A stretch of 64,000 bases of DNA from the human T2T-CHM13v2.0 reference genome, Homo sapiens. Each line of letters opens with the position of its first letter. The first letter of the stretch is position 1. Shown in pieces: positions 43,692 to 55,013 of this stretch. A model generated the notes under the pieces. That model did not search any database and had not been told where the DNA came from. It saw only the letters and a list, made by a program, of their open reading frames with translations. The position numbers were made by a program, and so were the translations under genes. The DNA lies in assembly GCF_009914755.1 (NCBI RefSeq), contig NC_060947.1; one strand, written 5' to 3'.

Positions 43692-46091
43692 TCATACCAA
43701 AAATGAGCTGCCAGTCACAGTGATAAGATTTCTTTCTTTCTGAGAACCATGGTTTCCTGCTGCATTGGGGAATCCAAACTGGGTTTCTCCCTCCTGTCCA
43801 AAGAAGTCAGAGTTAGGATGTACGCTCCACTCCGCTTTGGCTGGTGTCAGTAGTTCTGAGACACTGTTTTCACAAAGGGTGCTCGAAGGAGTCAGAGTAT
43901 CTGTGTCCACTGTTAGCTTACTGCTGGGTGTCAAAGCCTGAGGCTCTGGACTGGAGTTTTTCATGGCCAAAGAGTCCAGAGATCCCAATGGCCCCACACT
44001 TACACTTGAGACCTCATCCATATTTAAGGAGCTCTGCTGAAAACCAGTGGCCGCCGTTCCAAAAAAGAGAGAGGTATCCAGACTTTGAGGAGGGTCGCTG
44101 GTGGCCATCAAGGACGGAGGGTCCACAGCCTGCCCTACGGAATTATTATTATTAGCAGGGAGGTGCCCTGCCAGAGTCGAGCTCACAGAAGCCACATCAA
44201 TAGTCAAGATTCCAGAGTTCACCAATGCTGTGTCCAGCAATGCAGCAGAAGTACTGTCAGGTACATCAGAGAAGAGAGACACTATCTCTGCATCACTGAG
44301 ATCATTCTGTCTCTGGCTGGTAAGTTCACTGCTGGGTGTAAGAGAATTTGCTGCTTCTAGCTGAGCTAAGAGATCCTGGCCCACCTTATGCCTTTTAACC
44401 ATGTGCGTCTTCATGCTGTGCTTGGATGTGAAGAGTTTATTACAAGAGGAGATCGGGCAACGGCTTTTCCAAGTGTCCACATCCTGCAGGTGTTTCTTGG
44501 AGTGAATGTAGAGGCTACTGCGAGCAGAGAACCTGGCACAGCAGCCTGCCACAGGACACACGAAAGGCTTTGTGCCCAGGTGGGTAATGCTGTGGCCTTT
44601 CAGATGTTCGGCCCTCGTGAAAGATTTCCCACAGCCTTCCACAGGGCACATGAACCTCCGGTCATCGTCGTGCTTCCTTTTGTGCCTTAAGAGTTTGGAC
44701 ATGCTGGTGAAGTTCCAGCCACAGCCATCAAAGTCACAAAGGAAAGGTCTCTCGCCGGTGTGACTCCGCAGGTGAATTTTCAGCCTACAAGCCTTGTCAT
44801 ATTGCTTGCTGCAGCCAGGGAAAGAGCAGGAAAACAGTTCCTGTTCCCTGAAATGGGCGCGGTTATGGGAAAACAGAGCACTCACTGTGATAAATGTCTT
44901 CTTGCAGCCAGAAAACGCGCACTGGTAAGGCCTCTCGGGTTCGAAGTGGCTGCGCTGGTGGGCGCCGAGTTTGGCCTGCGTGGGGAAGCTCTCCTCGCAC
45001 ACCTCACATTTGAACGAGTTCTCCTGCTCATGGCCCTTCATGTGCGCCTTGAGGTTGTACACGGTGGTGAAGCTCTTGCCACAGCCCTCCGCAGGGCAGC
45101 CGAAGGGCCGCAGTTTATCGTGCGACTGCAGGTGCCTCTTGAGCTTGTAAGAGGTGGTGAAGGTCCAGCCGCAGCCACCCAGGGGGCATTTGAAGGGCCT
45201 CTGGCCCTGGCTGCTGCTGTGCGTCAGCAGGTGCATCTTCAGCTGGTGCTTCTTGGCGAAGGTTTGCCCGCACAGCGCCTCGGGGCACAGGTACAGCACC
45301 ACGCCTGGACCAGAGCCCAGCAGTCCGCGGGGGCCCAGGGCGGCGGCCAGGCCCTCCGCCTCCTCCTGGGGCGCCGGAGCAGGCGCGGGTTCTGCGGGCT
45401 CGGCTAGCAGGAGGTCGGACCGCAGCTCTGGGCAGTCACCCGGGTGCGCGGCTTGCGGGAACCCAGCTTGGGGGGCGATCAGACACCTGGGCTGCTGGGC
45501 AGGAGCGGCCCCTGGCTCCCAGGCGTGTGGTGGGGGCGTGGCCAGGGTGAGGACGCCGTTCTCAAAGCGCAACAGCAGGTCCTGGTTGTGGATAGTGACT
45601 GTGCCCGCGAAGGCCGCGGCGGGGCCGGGGGCGGAGATCGGGGCCGGAGTGGGAACCGCGGACAGGCAGCGGGGGCCTAGCGCAGTGGGCCCCGCGGGAT
45701 TCGCGCCGCTCTCGTCCCCCTGGAGCCCCGGGCCCGCCTTGGCCTCCTCCCTCAACACAGGCCCTGCGGCCTGACCGGAGCCCGCGGTCTCCACGTCGCC
45801 ACCCACCGGGTCAAGCAGCACCAGGAAGAAGTCGTCGCCGCCGCCGCTAGGTTGATGGGGCCTCGGCGCGAACAGGCTTGGGCCAGGGCCCCGTGATGCC
45901 GTGCTGGCCTCCTCGCGCCGCCGCCCGGGCCCGCCATCTTGGGGGCCCCGGGGCAGCAGGAGGCGGCGCGTGGGGACCTGGCCAGCCGGCGAGTCAGGGC
46001 CTCGGTGGACTCGGCCGCCACCCGCGGGGATACCGCCGCCGCCGCCGCCCTGTAGTGTCCCGCGAGCCGGGAGCAGCTTCGGGATTTCCAT
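43692..46091 (-). CDS. ZXDA: Zinc finger X-linked protein ZXDA (799 aa, intronless; ZXD-family C2H2 transcription factor)
   Basis: ATG at 46091 in good Kozak context (gagATGG). The 2400 nt encode 799 aa (MEIPKLLPARGTLQGGGG...TVTGSSFLV). Ten C2H2 fingers at aa 267-568 (nt 45293-44388), followed by a Ser/Thr/acidic domain. The length and the short GGG tract (PSGGGDDFF) match recalled ZXDA rather than 803-aa ZXDB. The ORF-track start at 46199 is a TTG. Confidence 0.95.
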   Translation of the reverse strand: MEIPKLLPARGTLQGGGGGGIPAGGGRVHRGPDSPAGQVPTRRLLLPRGPQDGGPGRRREEASTASRGPGPSLFAPRPHQPSGGGDDFFLVLLDPVGGDVETAGSGQAAGPVLREEAKAGPGLQGDESGANPAGPTALGPRCLSAVPTPAPISAPGPAAAFAGTVTIHNQDLLLRFENGVLTLATPPPHAWEPGAAPAQQPRCLIAPQAGFPQAAHPGDCPELRSDLLLAEPAEPAPAPAPQEEAEGLAAALGPRGLLGSGPGVVLYLCPEALCGQTFAKKHQLKMHLLTHSSSQGQRPFKCPLGGCGWTFTTSYKLKRHLQSHDKLRPFGCPAEGCGKSFTTVYNLKAHMKGHEQENSFKCEVCEESFPTQAKLGAHQRSHFEPERPYQCAFSGCKKTFITVSALFSHNRAHFREQELFSCSFPGCSKQYDKACRLKIHLRSHTGERPFLCDFDGCGWNFTSMSKLLRHKRKHDDDRRFMCPVEGCGKSFTRAEHLKGHSITHLGTKPFVCPVAGCCARFSARSSLYIHSKKHLQDVDTWKSRCPISSCNKLFTSKHSMKTHMVKRHKVGQDLLAQLEAANSLTPSSELTSQRQNDLSDAEIVSLFSDVPDSTSAALLDTALVNSGILTIDVASVSSTLAGHLPANNNNSVGQAVDPPSLMATSDPPQSLDTSLFFGTAATGFQQSSLNMDEVSSVSVGPLGSLDSLAMKNSSPEPQALTPSSKLTVDTDTLTPSSTLCENSVSELLTPAKAEWSVHPNSDFFGQEGETQFGFPNAAGNHGSQKERNLITVTGSSFLV

Positions 46092-46210
46092 CTCTGCGTC
46101 CGAGAGGCTCGGCTGGAACCAGAGCCGAGGAGGAGGCGCGATCCCGCCCCCTGCCGCGGGCCTGAACACGTTCCTGAAAGGGGAAAAAAAAATGTGCAAT
46201 GCGCAGAAAC
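44850..46210. promoter_or_regulatory. CpG island over the 5' CDS and promoter of ZXDA, with a GC box at 46143-46150
   Basis: Very high GC and CpG density compared with the rest of the window; 'cccgcccc' lies about 55 nt upstream of the ATG. Confidence 0.85.
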
Positions 46211-46475
46211 TGGCCCTATCAGATATTAAAATGTATTCAACGCCACAGTGATTTAAATATTCTGGTACTGGGTCTCTGGAACGGAATAGAAAGCCCAGAG
46301 GTAGAGCCTGGTATGCATAAATATATTCTACAATTAATATAAGTAATTAAGGAGGTCTTCTGAAGTAATGGGGAAATGACGACATCTTGTTCAATAATGC
46401 TGTGGAACACCTAGGTATCTATCTGGTAAAAGCAATTTTAATCCGTGACTCATTGTATATACCCAAATAAACACA
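46210..46475 (+). mobile_element. Ancient L1M ORF2 fragment immediately upstream of ZXDA (antisense to the gene)
   Basis: 'ggccctatcagatattaaaatgtattcaacgccacagtg...tggtactgg...ggaacggaatagaaagcccagag...ggggaaatga...ttcaataatgctgtggaac' is collinear with the L1 [27 protein letters not shown] region. Confidence 0.7.
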
Positions 46476-47469
46476 CGCCAGCCCCTCCCAGTGTTAGACA
46501 TGTTGCTTCATACTTTTTGTGTGTTAAAATTTGTTTATTGGCTGGCTACCTGGCTGGATTGATGGATGAAAGACAATTCCTGAGAGAAAAAACTGTCTCT
46601 GTGTCAGCATTAAACCACCATAGTGCTGGCATTTCTGCGGAAATTGCCCTTCCCCTTCCCACCTCTGCGCGGGACAACTTCCATACTCACAATTGTCTTG
46701 AGCAAAGTGCTCGGTACAATTTGCCACATAGTTCAATTTTTGTCTGCTGATAACAGAGATTAGAATGAGTGAGAGATGCGGCCAAAACAGATTAGCACTC
46801 TTCAGCCTACAAATGCAAAGTCTGGAGGATGAAACAATTTATACTGAAATCTGGAAAAAAACCCAACCCGCCCCTGGCTTCTCCCTATACAGTGCACAAC
46901 CTAAACCAACTCTTTGCCCTTCGACGATCGGTTGTACCATGATAAACTTCATGTCCACTCTCATAGCACAATGAGGGCATTGCTCAGTTTATTCTGCATT
47001 CTCCAGCACATTCTCTGGGCAGGAGTTCCAGTTAAATGTGTTAAGGTTAAACCCTCAGTCACTCAATGGACTCTGCCAAGTAATGTGCACAGACGATCTT
47101 GTCCACTCGCCCCGGTGTACCTGCTCACATTTAAGTGTGGTGGCCCAGTCTTGCTGGGCCTTTGGTGCCTAATGTCCTTATTAATGATGACGACAATCCT
47201 CCAATTTGTCTGTCACGAATGAGTTTGGAATTGACACAAATATAGGGTGAAATATCTGAGATGAGAAGGCTTAGAGTGATGAACAGATTGGTGGTGGTGG
47301 GGGTGGGGGGGTGTAACCTGTTGTTTAAATACTCCCAGCTCTCTCGCCCTCTTTTAATAACAGTGGACACTTGGTCTCTTGAAAATCAAGTTTTTCAACC
47401 ATAACTATTCGAACCTCATCAAAATTTCTACTCCACATACTTTTCTTTCTATTACTTTTTCTGGAGGAA

Positions 47470-49545
47470 GCATTTTTCAAATCTGAAATTAGAAGAGTGC
47501 ATATAACGTATCTGTATAGTTTAGATTATTTTACAAAAGCAGACACCTACTTAACCAGGACCAAGGTCAAGCAATAGACCACTGCCAACCTCCCAGAATA
47601 CAGCTGCTGTACTCCTTCCAGTCACAAACCACACTCTCCTATATAGATATAGTAATTGCTCCGACTTTGTAATAATCATTTCACTGCTTTCCTTTATAGC
47701 TTTATCACTTTTGTACGCATCCCTAAACAATAGAGTTGATATGAAGTTGTATAAGTGGAATCATACGGCATGCTTCCTTTTATAGCTTGCTTTTTTCACT
47801 CTGTATTATACTTGAGAGACTCGTCCATGTTGTTCATAATAGCTATAAGTAAGTAGATCCTTTGTCTCCATCGACTGTCTTTCCAGCATATGCTTATAGC
47901 AAAGTGATTATTGTATGATTATTCCACTCCATTCTACAGCAGATGGAGATTAGGATTGCTTCTACTTTTCAATGATTATTGTGAACATTCTTGCACATTT
48001 CTAATGGGACACGTGTAAAAATCTCTCTAGGGTATATATCCAAGAATAGAATCACAGGGCCATAGGGAATGGATATCCTCAGCTTTACTAGATGATGCCA
48101 AATTGTTCTCTGTAGTGATTGGGAGAGTTGTCAATCCCACCAGCAGCATAGAGAGTCCTTACTGATCCACATGTTCACCTACACCAAGTATTGCCCGAAT
48201 TTAAATTTTGCCGGTCTACTGGTGGGCAATATCCAAATTACTATTAAGCTTTAGCACATTTTTGTGTTAATGAGCCTTTTGGAGTTTCTATTTTGAGGAA
48301 GGCCTATTCAAATTTACCTCTTTTAACCCACGTTTCTATTTTATTGTTCATCTGATACTGACTTAATGAGTCTGTTAAATATTTTAAATACTCTTCCACA
48401 CCTGCGGCCAAAATACTCCCTTGCTCTGTTTGTATATTCACTTGCTTTGTGCTCCGGTTTGTGAACAGAAGCTATTAATTATAATATAGTCAATTTCATC
48501 ATTCTTTTCCTGATGGTTAGTGCTTTTTTGTTTTAAGAAATCTTTTCTGTTTTAAGGAACCCTGGACCATGAAAGCATTCTCTATATTTTCTTCTAAAAT
48601 ATGTCTGCTATTGTCCTTCATAGTCAGGTCTTAATCCACCTGCAATTGATGTTTGTGTATTGTGTTAAGTAGAGTTCCATTTATGTATATATGTATGTAA
48701 GTAAGTGAATATCCAGTTTTCTCAGTGAACCACTTATTGAAAAGTCTGCCTTTTGCCAGTTGATTTACAGTGCCATAAATCAAGTATCTACACATATGTG
48801 GGCTAGTTCTATACTCTCTATTAAGCACTTGTCTGTTTGAAATACCACACTGTCTTAATTACTACAGATCCATAGTCAATTCTGATATTTGGATTAGGCA
48901 AATCAATTCTACCTTGCTCTTCAAAAGTGTCTTGGCTACTTTTGGTCCATTTCAATTCCATTTAAATTATAAACTAATCGTAAAAACTTCAACCAACAGC
49001 TAGTTTGGGGTTCTAATTTGAATTGTGCTGATATTTTAGATTTGACTTCTCAATATTGAATGTTCGATTCGTGGTTATGGTCTATCTCTTCTGTTAATAA
49101 GATCACCTTTAATTTGCCCAAATATTATTTTATATTTTTCCCACAAGGCAACTTTTTTATCCTAGGCATTTAATATTTTGCAAATCATATGTTTGAAATT
49201 TTTATTGTCTAAATTTATAGCTCTAAATAGCATACAATTGGCTTTTGTTCGTTAAGATTTTATCCTATAAGCATATAAACTCTTCTATCGATTCTAATAA
49301 TTTGTCTGTAATACTTTGTAGAATTTTATATACACTGTCATATCATCTGAAAATAGTTCCAGTCTTTCTTCTTCCTTTCCAAATATCTTATTCCTTTTTC
49401 TTGCCCTACTGCTCTGCCTGGGACCCCGCCCCTACCCCCAGTAAACTATTGCATAGAAGTGGTGATAGTGGATATCCTTACTTGATGTAGCTCTTGAAGA
49501 GAAAGCTTTCAGTGATTCTCCATTAAGAATGATGCTTGCTGTAGA
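47470..49545 (-). mobile_element. Ancient L1M (L1MD/ME-type) 3' end and ORF2, continuing briefly after the LTR (to about 50505)
   Basis: 'aatctctctagggtatatatccaag', 'tcccaccagcagcatagagagt', 'accacttattgaaaagtctg' and 'gaaagctttcagtgattctccattaagaatgatgcttgctgtag'. Confidence 0.75.
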
Positions 49546-50052
49546 TGTTGTGTTCTGCAGCAATATGGATCCAATCAGGAGATAGAAAGCACACAGTGAT
49601 CTAGAAGGGGAAAATTTAATATAAAGAATCATTAAGCGATGATAAAAGATCTTGTATAGGATACAAGACAACTCTATGTGGGGTTTTCTGGGGCTGGGAG
49701 AGAGTACCCAAGGAAAGACAAGCTTAGAATGAAAGCTTCTCCCCAAGGATGGATTTTATACCTAATTGGAGAAGAACCTACTGGATGGCAGAGAAGTTCC
49801 ACTGGTTTGCCAGTACCTAAGCTGGTCTACAGAGGCAGAACTGGTCTACGGTCGCAGAGGAAGCAAGAAGGCACCCTTTGGAGCATGGTAGTGTGGACAA
49901 GCCATAGCTGGTGCCTAGTATGTGGTGTGAAGTAGGGGTTGGGAGTCCTGTCTCAGTTGGAGGCCTGGAGTAAACAATGCCCCTTGCACAGGATCAGGGT
50001 GGGGGCTCGGTGTTGAGAGGGCTGCAGTATTGAAAGGACTACATGAACCTGG

Positions 50053-50096
<44 letters not shown>

Positions 50097-50475
50097 CTGC
50101 GGAGCAAGTGAGCAGAGGGAAGCAGTGGGCAGATGACTTGGAGTACAGGATGTCCCTATCAAGAGGGCCACAAGAAGCTGATCATCAGGGCACACCAGGA
50201 CTGCAGGTTTACTGAGGGACAGTTGTTCTGGGCCCAGGCCTGGGACAAAGCATCCTGAATGTCCTTACCTCCACACCTCTGAGAGCCAGAAATCATAGAA
50301 GTACCCTTCCTTTTTCAATGTCTGTCCCTCCAGAGCCCTCTATTAAGTAAGTGTAACATCGTGCTCTTTGATGCTACTTTAAAGGAGAGATGCTTAAAGA
50401 ATCCCTCTATTATCGAAGAATATATATTGACTGGTGAATTTGGAGCTAAGAGGTAATAAATAGATAACTGGCTTC
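49546..50475 (-). mobile_element. Old ERVL-type solo LTR (LTR41/LTR52-like) inserted in L1M; contains (GT)n at about 50055-50095
   Basis: 'ggatccaatcaggagatagaaagcacacag...aaaatttaatataaagaat' at one end and 'ggtgaatttggagctaagaggtaataaatagataactggc' at the other. L1 sequence resumes on both sides. Confidence 0.65.
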
Positions 50476-53400
50476 ATATCCTTTATCAGGTTAGAGGAGT
50501 CCAGGCTCTCTGTAGTCAGTATGAATAGTAGGCACCCTACCTGCCAGGGTTATAGTTGTTGATTGCACAAGGGAGATTATCTACCACCCTGTTTTTGCTT
50601 TGGTAAGCCTACACTTCACCAGTGGGTAATATAACCATGTAACAAAACTGCGCTTGTACCTCCTAAAGGTATGCAAACAATACTAATGATTAAAGAAACA
50701 GGCCTGGGTATTTCAGGGATTTTAGTTGACTATTTAGGATTCTCGGTGGGCCCAGTGTTCCCAGACCTGAACTGAGTTTGTTGCAAAACCCAGCCTCTGG
50801 CACAAAGGGGCATCAGTAGCTTAGGGCATAGAGCCTGTGAGCCCTATAGTCTAGCCCTACCCAGTATTGGCCTGCTCCACTCACAAGGAGAGCTTTGTTG
50901 TGTTGTGAGATTGCATCTTCCACCATAAATGTGAGTAGCAAATGTTCTCTTCAGGAATAGACTAATTTAATTTATACCTTAAATGCTGCTCTGTTCTCCT
51001 GCACCAGAGTTAAACAGATAAAAGGTGCTTGGATTTCATTTCAAGTCATGCCTTACAGAGCCTTATCCTTGCAGAAGCAGGGCAGTAGATTCCCGAGTTA
51101 GTCTCACAAAGTGTATATCTCTAACTATATTGGCAGTTTGAGTGTTTTAGTCACACTTTTCTCAATTTGATTTAGGGCCCAAAATAGGCAAAAATTCATG
51201 GGAGAAAATAGCCCATGGTTTTGCCCTTCTTGTGTGAAATCTGAAATTCGTTCACTACAAGGAGGAGTCGCTATTTAAGCCTGCCCCATGGGTAGCTGTC
51301 ACCACTAGACTTCCAATCAGTCACTCTCACTTGCTAGAAATGTCTTAGAACTAGGTTTTGTGGAAAAACAGACCTCCAATCTGCAGTCTCTGAAGGAGAA
51401 TGACACAGCTGTGGTATCTTTCCTTGCAGGAGAAAGGGGAATTGGGAGCCTCCCATGTTGAGCTGCCTGGGAGGAACCCACTAGGGCTCACATCCTCCCA
51501 CTGACAACCTTAGTGACCCCTGCCTGGTAACCTCTGACCCCACACACAAGACCAAAGAGGGAAAGAGGAAGTGCGAGCAGCTCGAGGATGCAGTTTTTGT
51601 TCACCGTGTCCCTCACCCCAACCTTCCATGCTCTGGCCAAGGATGCGGAGCCAGAGCCAAGATTTGGTAGTTTCTGAAAACTCAAGAAGTTGTTTCTCTG
51701 TCTGGTCCAGGTGGAGGATGAGAGTAGAGGTTAGGAGTAATTCTGCGTTTCTGCCAAGGGTAATTCCGTGATTCTGTCACACTTTTGGCAAGCTTGACAA
51801 TTACTGCACCACGGAAAGCAGCCCAAACACAAAGCCCTGCGACCCCTCCAGAAAAGGTAATAAAATTTCATAGCATGACCAGTGTCTGTTACAATAAGCT
51901 CCAGTATTCCCTCAAAGTTTGTATGGGTGTAGGGTTTTTCTTTCTCCCACTGTTTTGTCTTAGTGAAAACACTCCAAACCACACACAGGGATAGCTCGGC
52001 CACTACAAGATATTGCCCAGGTTCTGATTCCCTTCCATCTGCAAGCTTGTCTTCTTCTGACTGGCTTAGAAGAATTTCTAAAAAGGGAATCACTTGTGCA
52101 ATGCTCTCCCTGTGGAGGGTGTTCGATCAGCATCTCTGTGGGGCCAGAAGATGGACCAGGGACTGATGGCCTGAGCCTTCTCCAGGAAAATTTCACACTG
52201 TTTGACAGCAGAATGCATCACTAGGAAGTACTGTCTCAGTTATTTGCTCAGTGGGGGACTTTACAGGACCTAAGCCCCTGCCTTCCACGTCTGTAGAACA
52301 ATCAACCATCTTTGTGTCCTATCAGCTTTAACTTCTCAAAAATGTATATGCTACTTTTCTCTTGCCTTTCATCCATGTGACCTAATGGAGATAGAATATT
52401 CACATGTATCTTTACCTTCTGGCCATTCCACTGTCATCCTCACCTCTGCCCTCCTGACTCCAGGGGTGTGGTCCCTAGGCCCTCAAGCAGCAGTCAGACA
52501 GCCTCACTTGGGCCTGGGCTTTGACTCTGAGTTCTCCATCAGGTGAACTGTGGACTCAGGCTCAGCTCATTGATCAGGACCTGGTGCAAAATGAGGTCCA
52601 CCAGCCAGATGTTCACCTTGATCAGAGGAAATGCTTTTCCCTGCAGCTGGATCAGCAGCAGAGTTAATGGTTTTCACATCATTTATCCCACATGTACAGA
52701 TGCAAGACCACTGCTTCAAAGCCCACTGGACTCAGATGGTTGGCTTTTCTTCCTGAGCTTCTCTCAAACTCTCAAGGCCCAGGTGAAGGAGAGGTCTTTA
52801 GGTCCTAACCACTGGCTGCATTTTGCCTCACTCTGCCCTGCACATGACTTAACTTTTAATTAAAAAAAAAAAGCACTTCCCCCAAAGGTCTGACAAGCTA
52901 TGAGACCTTTCAGTGGGAACTTGAAGAATGAGGAGGCATTGGGAATGACAGTTTACAAACTGTCCACAGGCATTGATTGGAATATTTTGGTAATAGAATA
53001 GTCTAAATGCAGTTAGCATGTTTGAGTACTTGATTCATCACGTGGTATTTGGAAAAAGTGCTCATCACTTTTTTATTTTCTCACCAGTGGAAACTAATCC
53101 AGAGTGTTCCTTAAATATCAGATTTCTCACCCATAACTCTGTCCACAAGTGGTTCATATCTGAGTCAAACATGCTCCTATACCATCAAAGTAGAAAGTAG
53201 GACCTTTCTTGAGATGCTCTTTACTAATAGTGAAAAAAAAAACATACATTTACACGATGTGAAACAATACTTTGAAAATATGACCCAGAATGTGAAAAAG
53301 CAATAGCACACTAAAATAAACACATAGAAACAAATAAGTCTTGACCATTTTTATTTATTATTGATGTTTAAAGATAAGTTAACTGGCAAATACATCGTCA

Positions 53401-53569
53401 AAGATTTTGCAGTACTTAGGTGTTGCTTTAAGGGTTCTTTGACGCAAGACATGTTGCCATTCCTTAAATTTAAAACTAAAAGAAATTATATGTAATTTAT
53501 ATAATTTATAAAATACAAATTATTTATATTTTATGAGCATAACTCCTTACCAATAATCATAAGCCCTTA

Positions 53570-54005
53570 CCACATTCAAAATGACAATCATTTTCATCAC
53601 CTCCTAAGGCTTTCTCATGCCCCTTTATGTTGCTTCCCTCCCTACCCATCCCCATCCCTGTCCCTAGGCAACCACTGATCTACTTTCTCTCACTATAGAT
53701 TAGTTTGTGCTTTATAGAATTTTATATAAATAGAATTATACACTGTATACTCTTTTTTGTCTTCTTAAAATCAGCGTAGTTATTTTCAGATTCACCCATG
53801 CTGTTATTTCTATCAATAGTTCATTACTATTTGTCATATTATAGTATTTCATTGTATGGTAATTTGGATTGTTTCCAGTTTTTCACTAGTACAATTGAAG
53901 CTGCTATAAACATTCACATACAAGTCTTTATGTGGACCTATGCTTTCATTTCTCTTAGATAAAAACTCAGGAGCAGTAGTATTGTACGTGTGCGCTTAAC
54001 GTTTT
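53570..54005 (-). mobile_element. Ancient L1M 3' end fragment
   Basis: 'ccctaggcaaccactgatctactttct...ctgctataaacattcacatacaagtctttatgtggacctatgctttcatttctctt'. Confidence 0.8.
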
Positions 54006-54131
54006 AAGTTCGGGTTAACGTTGCAGATTGATCTCACCTTGCTGCTTAGAGTACTGTTGACAGTACAGATTGAATGGATTTTATCTCAGACCATGCTAGT
54101 CGGATTAATCAGAGTGGCTGACTAAGTGGCA

Positions 54132-54993
<862 letters not shown>

Positions 54994-54995
54994 AG

Positions 54996-55013
54996 TGGTG
55001 AGGAGGATGGGAT
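54996..55013 (+). other. Primer-binding site complementary to tRNA-Ser(GCT)
   Basis: tggtgaggaggatgggat matches TGGCGACGAGGATGGGAT (reverse complement of the recalled tRNA-Ser(GCT) 3' end) at 16/18 positions, 2 nt after the LTR end. Confidence 0.7.

Noticed and set aside
46197-46199. ORF-track start giving an 835-aa protein
   Set aside because: The codon is TTG. The first ATG, at 46091, is in good context and gives the expected 799 aa.
46217-46231. U2 snRNA-like 14-mer (tttaatatctgata on the minus strand)
   Set aside because: The match does not extend on either side and is explained by the surrounding L1M ORF2 relic.
43844-46251. Plus-strand ORFs of 60-215 aa antisense to ZXDA
   Set aside because: They are shadow ORFs expected opposite a GC-rich CDS, have no recognisable domains, and mostly use non-ATG starts.
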